64,000 nt of DNA, taken from contig JAHJTL010000008.1 in the NCBI GenBank assembly GCA_018829775.1, forward strand, positions 13,967 through 77,966. The letters run 5' to 3'. The position numbers and the translations under genes were made by a program. The notes below the pieces were generated by a model, which did not search any database, was not told where the DNA came from, and saw only the letters and a program-made list of their open reading frames with translations. The DNA comes from Chloroflexota bacterium (lineage in GTDB: Bacteria; Chloroflexota; Dehalococcoidia; Dehalococcoidales; RBG-16-60-22). Positions within the stretch are counted from its first letter, which is position 1. Each line of letters opens with the position of its first letter. Positions 1-8,001 of the stretch are shown here, piece by piece.

Positions 1-98
1 CTTCCTGGCTGGAAGGAAAACGACGTGTCGGGATAACGGCTGGCGCTTCAACCGATGAGCAGATAGTTAATGAAGTATTGAGGGCGTTGCAAGCGTAA
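1..98 (+). CDS. ispH: 4-hydroxy-3-methylbut-2-enyl diphosphate reductase, C-terminal fragment (gene begins upstream of window)
   Basis: Frame 3 reads ...RVGITAGASTDEQIVNEVLRALQA*, stop TAA 96-98. VGITAGAST resembles the conserved IspH/LytB C-terminal motif. Confidence 0.55.
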   Translation, partial: SWLEGKRRVGITAGASTDEQIVNEVLRALQA

Positions 99-99
99 C

Positions 100-330
100 T
101 TAAATTGCCAGGCAGGTCACCGTACGTGATATGCCGGGAACAGGGTGAATCTTCCCGGTAACCAGGTCGCCAATATCATTTAGGCTCTCACCCTGCAGAA
201 TGGCAATGATGTCATAGGGACCCGTCACGGTATCCACCGACACAACACCGCTCAATTTTTGCAGGGCAGTAACCACGTCTCTGGTTTTGCCTACCTCGGT
301 CTCAATCAATACAAATGCCTTAGCCGCCAT
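100..330 (-). CDS. stand-alone Lrp/AsnC-type (RAM) ligand-binding domain protein, 76 aa
   Basis: MAAKAFVLIETEVGK...GPYDIIAILQG... is a typical AsnC C-terminal domain. ATG at 330 follows AAAGGGGG SD. The track ORF to 381 is an upstream extension. Confidence 0.7.
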   Translation of the reverse strand: MAAKAFVLIETEVGKTRDVVTALQKLSGVVSVDTVTGPYDIIAILQGESLNDIGDLVTGKIHPVPGISRTVTCLAI

Positions 331-411
331 CGTGCACACCCCCTTTCTGCCAGACTGACTGCAATCACCAGTACTCTGCAATCGGTAGTATAACCACTGC
401 GATGGGCTCTG

Positions 412-466
412 TCAAGGTGTATATTATAGTCTTACCTTGACGGCAGCAAGGGGCTTTATCTATAAT
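412..466 (+). promoter_or_regulatory. candidate promoter (TTGACG 437-442, 18 nt spacer, TATAAT 461-466) with inverted repeat TCAAGGT(412-418)/ACCTTGA(434-440) overlapping the -35
   Basis: Hexamers and a 7-bp inverted repeat with 15-nt spacer read directly, ~90 nt upstream of the acyl-CoA dehydrogenase start. Confidence 0.45.
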
Positions 467-554
467 TTTACTTGATTTCTACTGGAGGAAGCGGACTGTT
501 CATTGCATTTCCCCGTTAGCAGATGTACAGCCTGGATAGGAAAGGAGCATTTCA

Positions 555-1712
555 TTGGAATATTTTTTGACTGAAGAGCAGAAAACAATCAAAAGCCTGG
601 CCCGAAAAATTGCCGAGGAGAGAATCCTGCCGGTACGGGCTGAGCTGGATGAAAAGGAAGAGTTCCCCTGGGCAATTGTAAAGGACCTGGCGGATGCCGA
701 TATGTTCCGTGTTTTCGTCCCGGAAGAGTATGAAGGGCTGGGCGGCGGTTGCCTGGAACTATGCCTGGTGGTGGAAGAGTTGAGTCGGGTGTGCGCTGGA
801 GTAGCCGCAACCTATGCCGTGAATGCCCTTGGCTGTTATACGCTGATGGAATACGGAACCGAGGAGCAGAAACGCAAATACCTGCCGGATATCGCCGCCG
901 GTAAAAAACTGACCGCCTTCGCCATCAGCGAGGCCACGGCGGGCAGCGATGCCAGTGCCATCAAGATGACCGCGGACAAGGTTGAAGGTGGCTATATGCT
1001 CAACGGCACCAAGCAGTTCATCACCAACGGCGGTGAGGCCGAGCTCTACACGGTGATAGTCCTGACCGAGAAGACCAGAGGTGCACGCGGCGCCAGCGCC
1101 ATCCTCGTCGAGAAGGGAACACCGGGCTTCACCTTCGGCAAGAAAGAGAAAAAAATGGGTATCCGGGCATCCGCAACCCGGGAGCTCATCTTCCGCAACT
1201 GCCTCGTTCCGGAGGGGAACCTTATCGGCAAGCCGGGCATGGGATTTATCCAGGCGATGAGGCTCTTTGACCGCTCACGACCCGGGATTGGCGCGCAGGG
1301 GGTCGGTATCGCACAGGGGGCACTGGAGGTGGCGGTGGACTATGCCCAGCAGCGCATCCAGTTTGGACATCCGATTATCTCTCTGGCGGTGGTGCAGGAC
1401 ATGCTGGCGGAGATGGACATTCAGGTTGAGGCGGCCCGGGCGCTGGTCTACGCAACGGCGAGGACGGTCGATAGCGGCGCCCGAAAAATTACCGAGGAAT
1501 CAGCCATGGCCAAGGTTTTCGCCTCGGATGTGGCGATGAAGGTCACCACCGACGCGTTGCAGATATGCGGCGGTACGGGCTATATGAAGGATTTCCCGGT
1601 GGAGAAGATGATGCGGGACGCCAAAATCACCCAGATATATGAAGGCGCCAATCAAATCCTGCGCAATGCCATTGCCGTTGAACTGAGAAAGCGAAAGGCA
1701 AGGACGGAATGA
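555..1712 (+). CDS. acyl-CoA (butyryl-CoA-type) dehydrogenase
   Basis: 385 aa. TTG start after GGAAAGGAG SD. ACAD motifs (FAISEATAGSDA, QIYEGANQI). 4-nt overlap with etfB. Confidence 0.9.
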   Translation: MEYFLTEEQKTIKSLARKIAEERILPVRAELDEKEEFPWAIVKDLADADMFRVFVPEEYEGLGGGCLELCLVVEELSRVCAGVAATYAVNALGCYTLMEYGTEEQKRKYLPDIAAGKKLTAFAISEATAGSDASAIKMTADKVEGGYMLNGTKQFITNGGEAELYTVIVLTEKTRGARGASAILVEKGTPGFTFGKKEKKMGIRASATRELIFRNCLVPEGNLIGKPGMGFIQAMRLFDRSRPGIGAQGVGIAQGALEVAVDYAQQRIQFGHPIISLAVVQDMLAEMDIQVEAARALVYATARTVDSGARKITEESAMAKVFASDVAMKVTTDALQICGGTGYMKDFPVEKMMRDAKITQIYEGANQILRNAIAVELRKRKARTE

Positions 1713-2494
1713 ACATCGTCGTCTGCCTGAAGCAGGTGCCGGGTACCACGCAGGTCAAAATCGATCCCGAGACCAACACCCTTATCCGCCAGGGAATCGA
1801 AAATATCATAAATCCTTTTGATAACTATGCCATTGAGGAAGGGGTCCGGCTGAGGGAGCGATTTGGCGGCAAGGTGACCGCCATCAGCATGGGCCCATCG
1901 CAGGCGGAAACCGCCCTGAGAGAAGCCATCTCGCTTGGCGTAGATGAGGGGATTCTGTTGAGCGACCCCGCGTTTGCCGGCGCCGACACCTGGGCGACCT
2001 CCTACACGCTATCGGCGGCGATTCGCAAGCTGGGGCAGATTGACCTCGTCATCTGCGGTCGGCAGACGCTGGATGGTGATACCGGGCACGTCGGTCCACA
2101 GTTAGCCGAGATTCTGGACTTTCCGTTTGTCGCTTATGTCAGCAGCATAGAAGAGGTAGTTGATGGCGGGATGTGTGTTCGGCGCATGATTGAGGATGGA
2201 TATGAGGTAATTGAAAGTCCTCTGCCCGCCGTGCTCACCGTGGTCAAGGAAATCAACACGCCACGCCTGCCCTCTCTCCGCGGCATTGCCCGGTCTAAAA
2301 GCGTTGTCATCCCGGTCTGGGGAGTTGAGGAGATAGACATAGACCCGGATAAGGTCGGCCTGTCCGGTTCTTATACGCAGGTGGTAAAGATATTTACTCC
2401 CCAACGGGTGTGCCAGGGCGAAATATTTCAAGGGGATTTGGAAAATCAGGTTGATTGCCTGATTGGGCGATTAAAGGATAACGGATTCGTATAA
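1709..2494 (+). CDS. etfB: electron transfer flavoprotein beta subunit
   Basis: The MNIVVCLKQVPGTTQVKIDPETNTLIR N-terminus is typical of EtfB, close to clostridial-type Etf. Confidence 0.9.
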   Translation: MNIVVCLKQVPGTTQVKIDPETNTLIRQGIENIINPFDNYAIEEGVRLRERFGGKVTAISMGPSQAETALREAISLGVDEGILLSDPAFAGADTWATSYTLSAAIRKLGQIDLVICGRQTLDGDTGHVGPQLAEILDFPFVAYVSSIEEVVDGGMCVRRMIEDGYEVIESPLPAVLTVVKEINTPRLPSLRGIARSKSVVIPVWGVEEIDIDPDKVGLSGSYTQVVKIFTPQRVCQGEIFQGDLENQVDCLIGRLKDNGFV

Positions 2495-2506
2495 AGGCAG
2501 AAAGGT

Positions 2507-3502
2507 ATGGGAGAAGGAAACCATCAGGGAGTCTGGGTATTTGCCGAGCAGCGAAACGGCGAAATCAAGGGTGTCGTCTACGAACTTCTGGCCAAAGGCA
2601 GGGAGCTGGCAGATACATTGCATACGGAATTGAGCGCCGTCTGCTTCGGTCACGACATCGGCGAGGTTGACCAGCTTATTGCTCACGGCGCTGACAGGGT
2701 CTATCTTGTCGATAATCCGGCGCTGTTAAATAATCAGGAGGACCTCCTGACGCAGCAGCTCGTCGAAATGATTCAGCAGCACCGACCGGAGATTGTCCTG
2801 GCCGGCGCCACCGCGCTGGGACGCGCCCTAACTCCCCGGGTGGCGGCAGCGTTGCCGACGGGGCTTTCCGCAGACTGCATTGACCTTGATATCGATGCTG
2901 AGAAGGGAATTTTGCTGCAGACGAAACCGACCTTTGGCGGCAATATCATGGCCGTTATCACCTGCCCCGAGGCAAGGCCGCAGATGGCGACGGTACGGCC
3001 TCACGTCTTTTCCAGGCGTGAGCCGGATGGTAGTCGTAAAGGAGAAATAATAAAAGTAGACTTTAATCGGGAGCGCATCACCTCAAGGACAAAGCTTGTC
3101 GAGTTTGTTGAAGAAATAACGGAAACGGTGAGAATTGAGGAGGCGGATGTCGTCGTGGCTGGGGGGCGGGGTTTGGAAAAGGCGGAAAATTTCGAGATGA
3201 TTAAAGAGCTGGCCTCGGCTATGGGCGCGGCGGTGGGCTCTACCCGCGCGGTGGTGGACGAGGGGTGGATCCCATATTCGCACCAGATAGGCCAGACCGG
3301 GAAAACGGTGTGCCCCAGGCTGTATATCGCCGTCGGCATTTCCGGTGCGTTGCAGCACGTGGTGGGAATGCAGACCTCGGAATGTATCGTGGCCATCAAT
3401 AACGACCCCAATGCCCCCATCTTTGAGGTGGCCACCTATGGCATCGTCGGTGACCTGTTCCAGGTGGTACCGCTGCTCACCGAGAAGTTGAAGAAGCGGT
3501 AA
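2507..3502 (+). CDS. etfA: electron transfer flavoprotein alpha subunit
   Basis: 331 aa. C-terminal FAD-binding region PRLYIAVGISGALQHVVGM. Follows etfB by 12 nt. Confidence 0.9.
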   Translation: MGEGNHQGVWVFAEQRNGEIKGVVYELLAKGRELADTLHTELSAVCFGHDIGEVDQLIAHGADRVYLVDNPALLNNQEDLLTQQLVEMIQQHRPEIVLAGATALGRALTPRVAAALPTGLSADCIDLDIDAEKGILLQTKPTFGGNIMAVITCPEARPQMATVRPHVFSRREPDGSRKGEIIKVDFNRERITSRTKLVEFVEEITETVRIEEADVVVAGGRGLEKAENFEMIKELASAMGAAVGSTRAVVDEGWIPYSHQIGQTGKTVCPRLYIAVGISGALQHVVGMQTSECIVAINNDPNAPIFEVATYGIVGDLFQVVPLLTEKLKKR

Positions 3503-3506
3503 TCCA

Positions 3507-4109
3507 GTGCTTTTTTTAAACTATGCCACTTTAATAGACCCCTTTTTGCGAGGTGTCAGACTCTACACCGTATATTTTTCCAGAATGAAGGCCGGGGACA
3601 GGGTCCTGGATGTCTGCTGCGGGACCGGAGACCAGGCCTTTCATTACGCTAGGGCTGGCATCACGGCTACCGGCATTGACTTGGATCCGAATATGCTCAA
3701 ATTGGCCCGGAAAGATAAAAGAAAAACAAGCAATGTCTCATTTCAGCGGGCCGATGCCTGCTATCTGCCATTCAAGGATAACTGCTTTGACTATGCTTCT
3801 ATATCCTTCGCCCTGCACGAAAAAGAGAGAGCCGCCCGGGATAAAATAATTGCCGAAATGAAGAGGGTGGTCAGGAAAGGCGGCGCTTTGATTTTCCTTG
3901 ATTTTCAGGTTCCACTGCCTAAAAAGATGTTATCTTATTTGGTCAGAGTTCTTGAATTTTTCGCCGGCAGAGAGCATCATCGTTGTTTCAGAGATTACCT
4001 GGCGCAGGGCGGCCTGGATGTGCTACTGGCCAGAAACCAGCTTGCCGAGACCAGAAGAGATTATCTCAACGACGGTCTCATCACTATAATCAAAGCGATG
4101 AACTCGTAG
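3507..4109 (+). CDS. class I SAM-dependent methyltransferase
   Basis: SAM motif I VLDVCCGTGDQA. Starts 4 nt after the etfA stop. Start codon uncertain. Confidence 0.75.
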   Translation: MLFLNYATLIDPFLRGVRLYTVYFSRMKAGDRVLDVCCGTGDQAFHYARAGITATGIDLDPNMLKLARKDKRKTSNVSFQRADACYLPFKDNCFDYASISFALHEKERAARDKIIAEMKRVVRKGGALIFLDFQVPLPKKMLSYLVRVLEFFAGREHHRCFRDYLAQGGLDVLLARNQLAETRRDYLNDGLITIIKAMNS

Positions 4110-4180
4110 TATAACGCTTCACCGAGCTTGCGACGAATACGCCGATTGCCTTATAATGGAATGAACTGGCTGGCGAGGAG

Positions 4181-4699
4181 GTGGCTGCTATGGAGATAAA
4201 TGTTTCCCAGTTGCTCAAGGAACCAATCGGGTCATCCCGTAAAAATAAAATAGACGAAACGATTGATATTGCAGACGATAAACATGACAGCGCAGTCAGC
4301 GGTGAAATCAGCTTACTCAGAACGCAGCGCGGTATTCTGGTCAGGGCAGGACTGCACACCGAGCTTGAGTTTACCTGCAGCCGCTGCCTGAGTGCGTTTC
4401 GTTATCCACTGGATATCAGTTTTGAGGAGGAATATATTCAGACTATTGATGTCAACAGCGGGCTGCCGCTTGAGACCTCCGGGGAGCCCGGTTCGTTCAC
4501 CATCGATGAGCACCACATAATTGACTTGAGGGAGGCAGTTCGCCAGTACGCACTGCTGTTGATACCGATGAAGCCGCTATGTCGTGAAGGCTGCGCCGGT
4601 CTGTGCCCGGAATGCGGGCGTAATTTAAACCGGGGACCCTGTGGCTGCCCGGTGCGGACGGTTGACCCGCGATGGTCGAAATTGATGAATCTGCGTTAG
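4181..4699 (+). CDS. yceD: YceD/DUF177 family protein (ribosome-associated, precedes rpmF)
   Basis: C-terminal Cys cluster CREGCAGLCPECGRNLNRGPCGC and the conserved position upstream of rpmF. Confidence 0.8.
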   Translation: MAAMEINVSQLLKEPIGSSRKNKIDETIDIADDKHDSAVSGEISLLRTQRGILVRAGLHTELEFTCSRCLSAFRYPLDISFEEEYIQTIDVNSGLPLETSGEPGSFTIDEHHIIDLREAVRQYALLLIPMKPLCREGCAGLCPECGRNLNRGPCGCPVRTVDPRWSKLMNLR

Positions 4700-4731
4700 T
4701 TCAGTAAATAAAGCTAGAGGATTGGTAGATT

Positions 4732-4932
4732 ATGGGAGCGTTACCGAAAAGAAAGACATCTAAAGCACGCCGCGATAAAAGGCGAAGTCATATGGCATTG
4801 AAGCCCCCCCAGTTGGATTACTGCCCCCAGTGCCATAACCCGAAGCTGCCGCACCACGTTTGTCCCAACTGTGGCAACTATGCCGGCAGAGAGGTCATTA
4901 AGACATCAGGCCCTACACCAGGGTCAACATAA
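4732..4932 (+). CDS. rpmF: 50S ribosomal protein L32
   Basis: MGALPKRKTSKARRDKRRSH... with CPQC...CPNCG zinc ribbon. Confidence 0.9.
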   Translation: MGALPKRKTSKARRDKRRSHMALKPPQLDYCPQCHNPKLPHHVCPNCGNYAGREVIKTSGPTPGST

Positions 4933-4968
4933 GGCACTTTTCACCAACTTAGCTCACGGTGTAAATTC

Positions 4969-5898
4969 ATGGTCGAAGCAACCAAAGCAGCTTACGTCTT
5001 TCCCGGTCAGGGCTCGCAGTGGGCGGGGATGGGGCATGACCTGTATCAGAAATTCGCTTCATCAAAGGCTATCTTCCGTCAGGCTGATGAAGTGCTGGGA
5101 TTTCCTCTCTCCAAACTCTGCTTTGAAGGGCCGGAGGAAGAACTGCGACAGACCATTAATGCCCAGCCGGCCATCCTGATTGTCAGTTTCGCCTGCCTGG
5201 AAGCTGCCCGTGAGGTGAATTCCGGTTTGCCGCAGGCCCGGTTTGTGGCCGGCCACAGCCTCGGCGAGTATACTGCCCTGGCTGTATCCGGAGTGTTTGA
5301 TTTCGAGACCGCGGTCTATCTGGCAAGGGAGCGGGGTCGTCGGATGCATGAAGCCGACGCTGTGCGTCCCGGAAGCATGGCGGCGGTTATCGGCCTTGAA
5401 GAATCGTCGCTGCTTAAGATATGCCAGCAGACGGGAACCTGCATTGCGAACGTGAATTCGCCGGGTCAGCTGGTTATAGGCGGCGATAGCGATGGTGTTT
5501 CTCAGGCCATGGAACTGGCCAAAGATAGGGGAGCGGCCCGTGTGATACCGCTGCCGGTAAGCGCTGCCTTTCACACTCCATTGATGCAGCCCGTCGTTGA
5601 GGACATGACGGAGATTATTTCCCAGCTTACCTTTGCCGACCCGACTATCCCCATCATTGCCAATACCACTGCACGGCCACTGACAACGGCGCAGGAAGTT
5701 AAAGAAGAGCTTATCCAGCAGCTGGTCAACTGTGTCCAGTGGCAGCGCTCCGTGGAATATATGATTGATGAAGGAGTGACCACATTTCTTGAAATAGGAC
5801 CGGGAAAGGTGCTCGCCGGCCTGATAAAGCGCATAAACCGCGAAGTCCAGACCATAAATATCGGGGATGCGCAGGCGGTAAGCAGTATTACGGCATAA
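4969..5898 (+). CDS. fabD: malonyl-CoA:ACP transacylase
   Basis: FPGQGSQWAGMG and GHSLGEY active-site motifs. Confidence 0.92.
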   Translation: MVEATKAAYVFPGQGSQWAGMGHDLYQKFASSKAIFRQADEVLGFPLSKLCFEGPEEELRQTINAQPAILIVSFACLEAAREVNSGLPQARFVAGHSLGEYTALAVSGVFDFETAVYLARERGRRMHEADAVRPGSMAAVIGLEESSLLKICQQTGTCIANVNSPGQLVIGGDSDGVSQAMELAKDRGAARVIPLPVSAAFHTPLMQPVVEDMTEIISQLTFADPTIPIIANTTARPLTTAQEVKEELIQQLVNCVQWQRSVEYMIDEGVTTFLEIGPGKVLAGLIKRINREVQTINIGDAQAVSSITA

Positions 5899-5913
5899 TC
5901 CAAGGTGGTAAAC

Positions 5914-6651
5914 ATGGATTTATCGGGTAAAGTAGCCATTGTGACCGGTGGTGCCCGTGGCATCGGGAGAGAAATTGCGCTCAGGCTGGCCGAGGCTGGC
6001 GTGACCGTTGTGGTGAGCGATGTTGCCGACGCGGAACCGGTGGCTGAAGAAATAAGAAAAATGGGCGGACAGAGCCTGGCAGTCGCAGCCGATGTCACTT
6101 CCACATCCGACGTTGCCGGTCTGGTGGAAAAAGCGACTGACAAATTCGGACGGATTGATATTCTGGTGAATAACGCGGGCATCGCCCGCGACCAGCTTTT
6201 AATGCGGATGTCGGACGAAGACTGGGAAGCGGTGCTCAACGTGAACCTGAAGAGCGTTTTCCTGTGCACGCGCGCCGTACTGCGGCAAATGGTCAAGCAG
6301 AGGTGGGGTCGCATCGTCAGCATATCCAGCATCGTGGGTATTGTGGGCAATCCCGGTCAGGCGAATTATGCCGCATCCAAAGCCGGGGTAATCGGCTTCA
6401 CCAAAACGCTCGCCCGTGAGGTTGGCTCGCGCGGCATTACCGTCAACGCCATTGCCCCCGGTTTCATCGCCACCAAGATGACCGAGCAATTGAGCGAGGA
6501 ACGGAAAGGGGAGATGCTGAAGCGAATACCGCTCGGTTTTCTGGGCACGCCGCGCGATGTGGCCGAGGCGGTAGCGTTTCTTGCTTCAGAAGAGGCGAGA
6601 TATATCACCGGGCAGGTACTGGGCGTGGATGGCGGACTGGGGGGACTGTAG
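5914..6651 (+). CDS. fabG: 3-oxoacyl-ACP reductase
   Basis: GKVAIVTGGARGIG, NNAG, YAASKAG SDR motifs. ATG 5914 lies 5 nt after AAGGTGG. The track GTG at 5905 lies inside that SD. Confidence 0.9.
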   Translation: MDLSGKVAIVTGGARGIGREIALRLAEAGVTVVVSDVADAEPVAEEIRKMGGQSLAVAADVTSTSDVAGLVEKATDKFGRIDILVNNAGIARDQLLMRMSDEDWEAVLNVNLKSVFLCTRAVLRQMVKQRWGRIVSISSIVGIVGNPGQANYAASKAGVIGFTKTLAREVGSRGITVNAIAPGFIATKMTEQLSEERKGEMLKRIPLGFLGTPRDVAEAVAFLASEEARYITGQVLGVDGGLGGL

Positions 6652-6663
6652 AGATAAATAGAA

Positions 6664-6687
6664 GGGGCAGGGCGAAAGCCCTGCCCC
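6664..6687. terminator. bidirectional stem-loop between convergent fabG and the secreted-protein gene
   Basis: 10-bp GC stem GGGGCAGGGC/GCCCTGCCCC with GAAA loop. Confidence 0.6.
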
Positions 6688-6714
6688 CCTCTCATAAGTA
6701 AATCACTGTGCTGG

Positions 6715-7329
6715 CTATGGCTTCCACTTACCGAGACCGGGACCAGATGGTGACAGGTATGCAATGCCCTGAGATCCTTCATATGGGTCATTGTATACTT
6801 CCTGGATAACAGCGAATTCTCCCCAGATATCCGGCCCAATCTCGGTGTCATCGGCGGTGTACCATGTTCCAGTGTTTGCTAGGCCAATCCTATGGGCATC
6901 CGCTGGTACGGCAACTATCTTGACGAAATAGTTCCACTGGCTACCATCTTCATTCTCGTCCCACTGGTGATTTGTCAGCCAGGCACCAGAACCGATGTAG
7001 CTAGGGAAGCCATAGTGTCTGTCCAGTTTACCATCACCGTCACAGTCCTTATTGCTCAGCCAGGCATCATTCCACTTCATCTGGAGCCAGGTATCGCTCT
7101 CGGTTACCGGAGTGGTCGGTCTGCCAGAGTTTTCATACCAGCCATTGAACATATGAGCTTGATAGTTGTATCCCCACTGGTCATAGCCCAATACTAATGG
7201 GTTTCCTAGTGAGTCAACGAGGCCTCCATCCTTTATTGTGGTACATTTTTCGGGTTGCCCTGCCATTACTGGCGCTGTCATTGCCAGCAGCAGTACCACT
7301 GCCACCACTATTGCTATTAACTTCTTCAC
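6715..7329 (-). CDS. secreted hypothetical protein (signal peptide, Trp/Asn/Asp-rich, DCDGDGKLD Ca-binding-like loop)
   Basis: GTG start after AAAGGAG SD. MKKLIAIVVAVVLLLAMTAPVMAG signal peptide. No family recognised. Confidence 0.75.
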   Translation of the reverse strand: MKKLIAIVVAVVLLLAMTAPVMAGQPEKCTTIKDGGLVDSLGNPLVLGYDQWGYNYQAHMFNGWYENSGRPTTPVTESDTWLQMKWNDAWLSNKDCDGDGKLDRHYGFPSYIGSGAWLTNHQWDENEDGSQWNYFVKIVAVPADAHRIGLANTGTWYTADDTEIGPDIWGEFAVIQEVYNDPYEGSQGIAYLSPSGPGLGKWKP

Positions 7330-7418
7330 TTTTTCCTTACTCCTTTCTCTTTAGTTTTTATCTCACCCCAGTTAATCAGTTAAGTTTTTTTCCTTTCAAA
7401 CACTGCCACCTCCCTTAT

Positions 7419-7451
7419 AAAAACATAAAACCGACCTCATAGGGTCGGTTT
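7419..7451 (-). terminator. intrinsic terminator inside the 5' leader of the 6715-7329 gene
   Basis: The minus strand reads AAACCGACC-CUAUGA-GGUCGGUUU followed by UAUGUUUUU. Confidence 0.7.
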
Positions 7452-7590
7452 CACTATTGGCTCCCCACCACCCAAGTGCCCAATTACGGGCGGCGGTTCA
7501 TTGCCTCCCTGGTTATCTCTGGCTGCCGGGTTAGGATATCAACTCATTTCTTGCCTCTATGGTTTAGTCCTTGAAATCCTTCACCCTAGG
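7420..7590 (-). ncRNA. candidate cis-regulatory leader RNA or stand-alone sRNA (~170 nt, unclassified)
   Basis: Bounded by a consensus promoter (7597-7625) and an intrinsic terminator (7419-7451). Contains a nested helix CCGCC[GCCC-GUAAUU-GGGC]ACUUGGGUGG. No ORF of 60 aa or more on this strand. Confidence 0.4.
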
Positions 7591-7596
7591 GTTAAC

Positions 7597-7625
7597 AGTA
7601 TAGTTCGCCATATGGCGAATGTCAA
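7597..7625 (-). promoter_or_regulatory. near-consensus sigma-70-type promoter TTGACA-17-TATACT
   Basis: -35 TTGACA is the complement of 7620-7625. -10 TATACT is the complement of 7597-7602. Spacer is exactly 17 nt. Confidence 0.7.
7604..7619. promoter_or_regulatory. perfect 16-bp palindrome TTCGCCATATGGCGAA filling the promoter spacer (candidate operator)
   Basis: Read directly. It occupies 16 of the 17 spacer positions between -35 and -10. Confidence 0.55.
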
Positions 7626-7663
7626 GGTATCCAAACCTCACTTTACCTATCCATTGAAACGAC

Positions 7664-7726
7664 TTTGTAACAACTCTGCAACCTTTTTGTAACATTTATG
7701 GGTGTGTATTTAACCAGTTTGTAACA
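7664..7726. repeat. three direct copies of TTTGTAACA (7664, 7686, 7718)
   Basis: Exact 9-mers spaced 22 and 32 bp apart (about 2 and 3 helical turns) in the divergent intergenic region. Confidence 0.7.
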
Positions 7727-7751
7727 ATAGGCGTGTAAAATAGATATAGTT

Positions 7752-7796
7752 AAAGATAGGATAGGGAAAGATAGGATAACTAGAAATAGGATAGTT
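7752..7796. repeat. three tandem 15-bp units (AAAGATAGGATAGGG / AAAGATAGGATAACT / AGAAATAGGATAGTT)
   Basis: Core ATAGGATA at 7756, 7771 and 7786. A degenerate fourth unit lies just upstream (7737-7751). The repeats abut the HTH gene start. Confidence 0.7.
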
Positions 7797-8001
7797 GAGG
7801 AATATGGAACGTAAGAACCAATCTAACTCCACACTGACAGTGACAGAGGCAGCCCGTCTCCTCCATATCCATGTCAACACGGTGAGAAGGTGGAGCAATC
7901 TGGGAATAATAAAAAGCTACCGCATTGGTCCTCGGCTTGACCGAAGATTTTGGAAAGAAGACATTACTGCCTTACTTGTCGAGTTGAAAATAAACCGTTG
8001 A
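7795..8001 (+). CDS. small excisionase/MerR-superfamily helix-turn-helix DNA-binding protein
   Basis: LTVTEAARLLHIHVNTVRRWSNLGIIKSYRIGPRLDRRF matches the HTH_17/excisionase-type pattern. The start may be ATG 7804. Confidence 0.7.
   Translation: MRNMERKNQSNSTLTVTEAARLLHIHVNTVRRWSNLGIIKSYRIGPRLDRRFWKEDITALLVELKINR

Noticed and set aside
5571-6350. 259-aa minus-strand ORF
   Set aside because: Antisense shadow of fabD/fabG. Ser/Thr/Ala/Arg-rich with no motif.
7440-7472. tRNA/tmRNA-like 3' end (…GGCTCCCCACCA) on the plus strand
   Set aside because: The preceding hairpin has a 6-nt loop and sits 20 nt from the CCA, which is incompatible with T-arm/acceptor geometry. There is no matching 5' acceptor strand. 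The hairpin is better explained as the minus-strand terminator.
7455-7500. T-box-like GGGTGGT element in the leader
   Set aside because: It lacks the ACCGCG continuation, has no convincing antiterminator pairing with the terminator 5' strand, and I identified no specifier-loop context. The downstream gene is not related to amino-acid metabolism.
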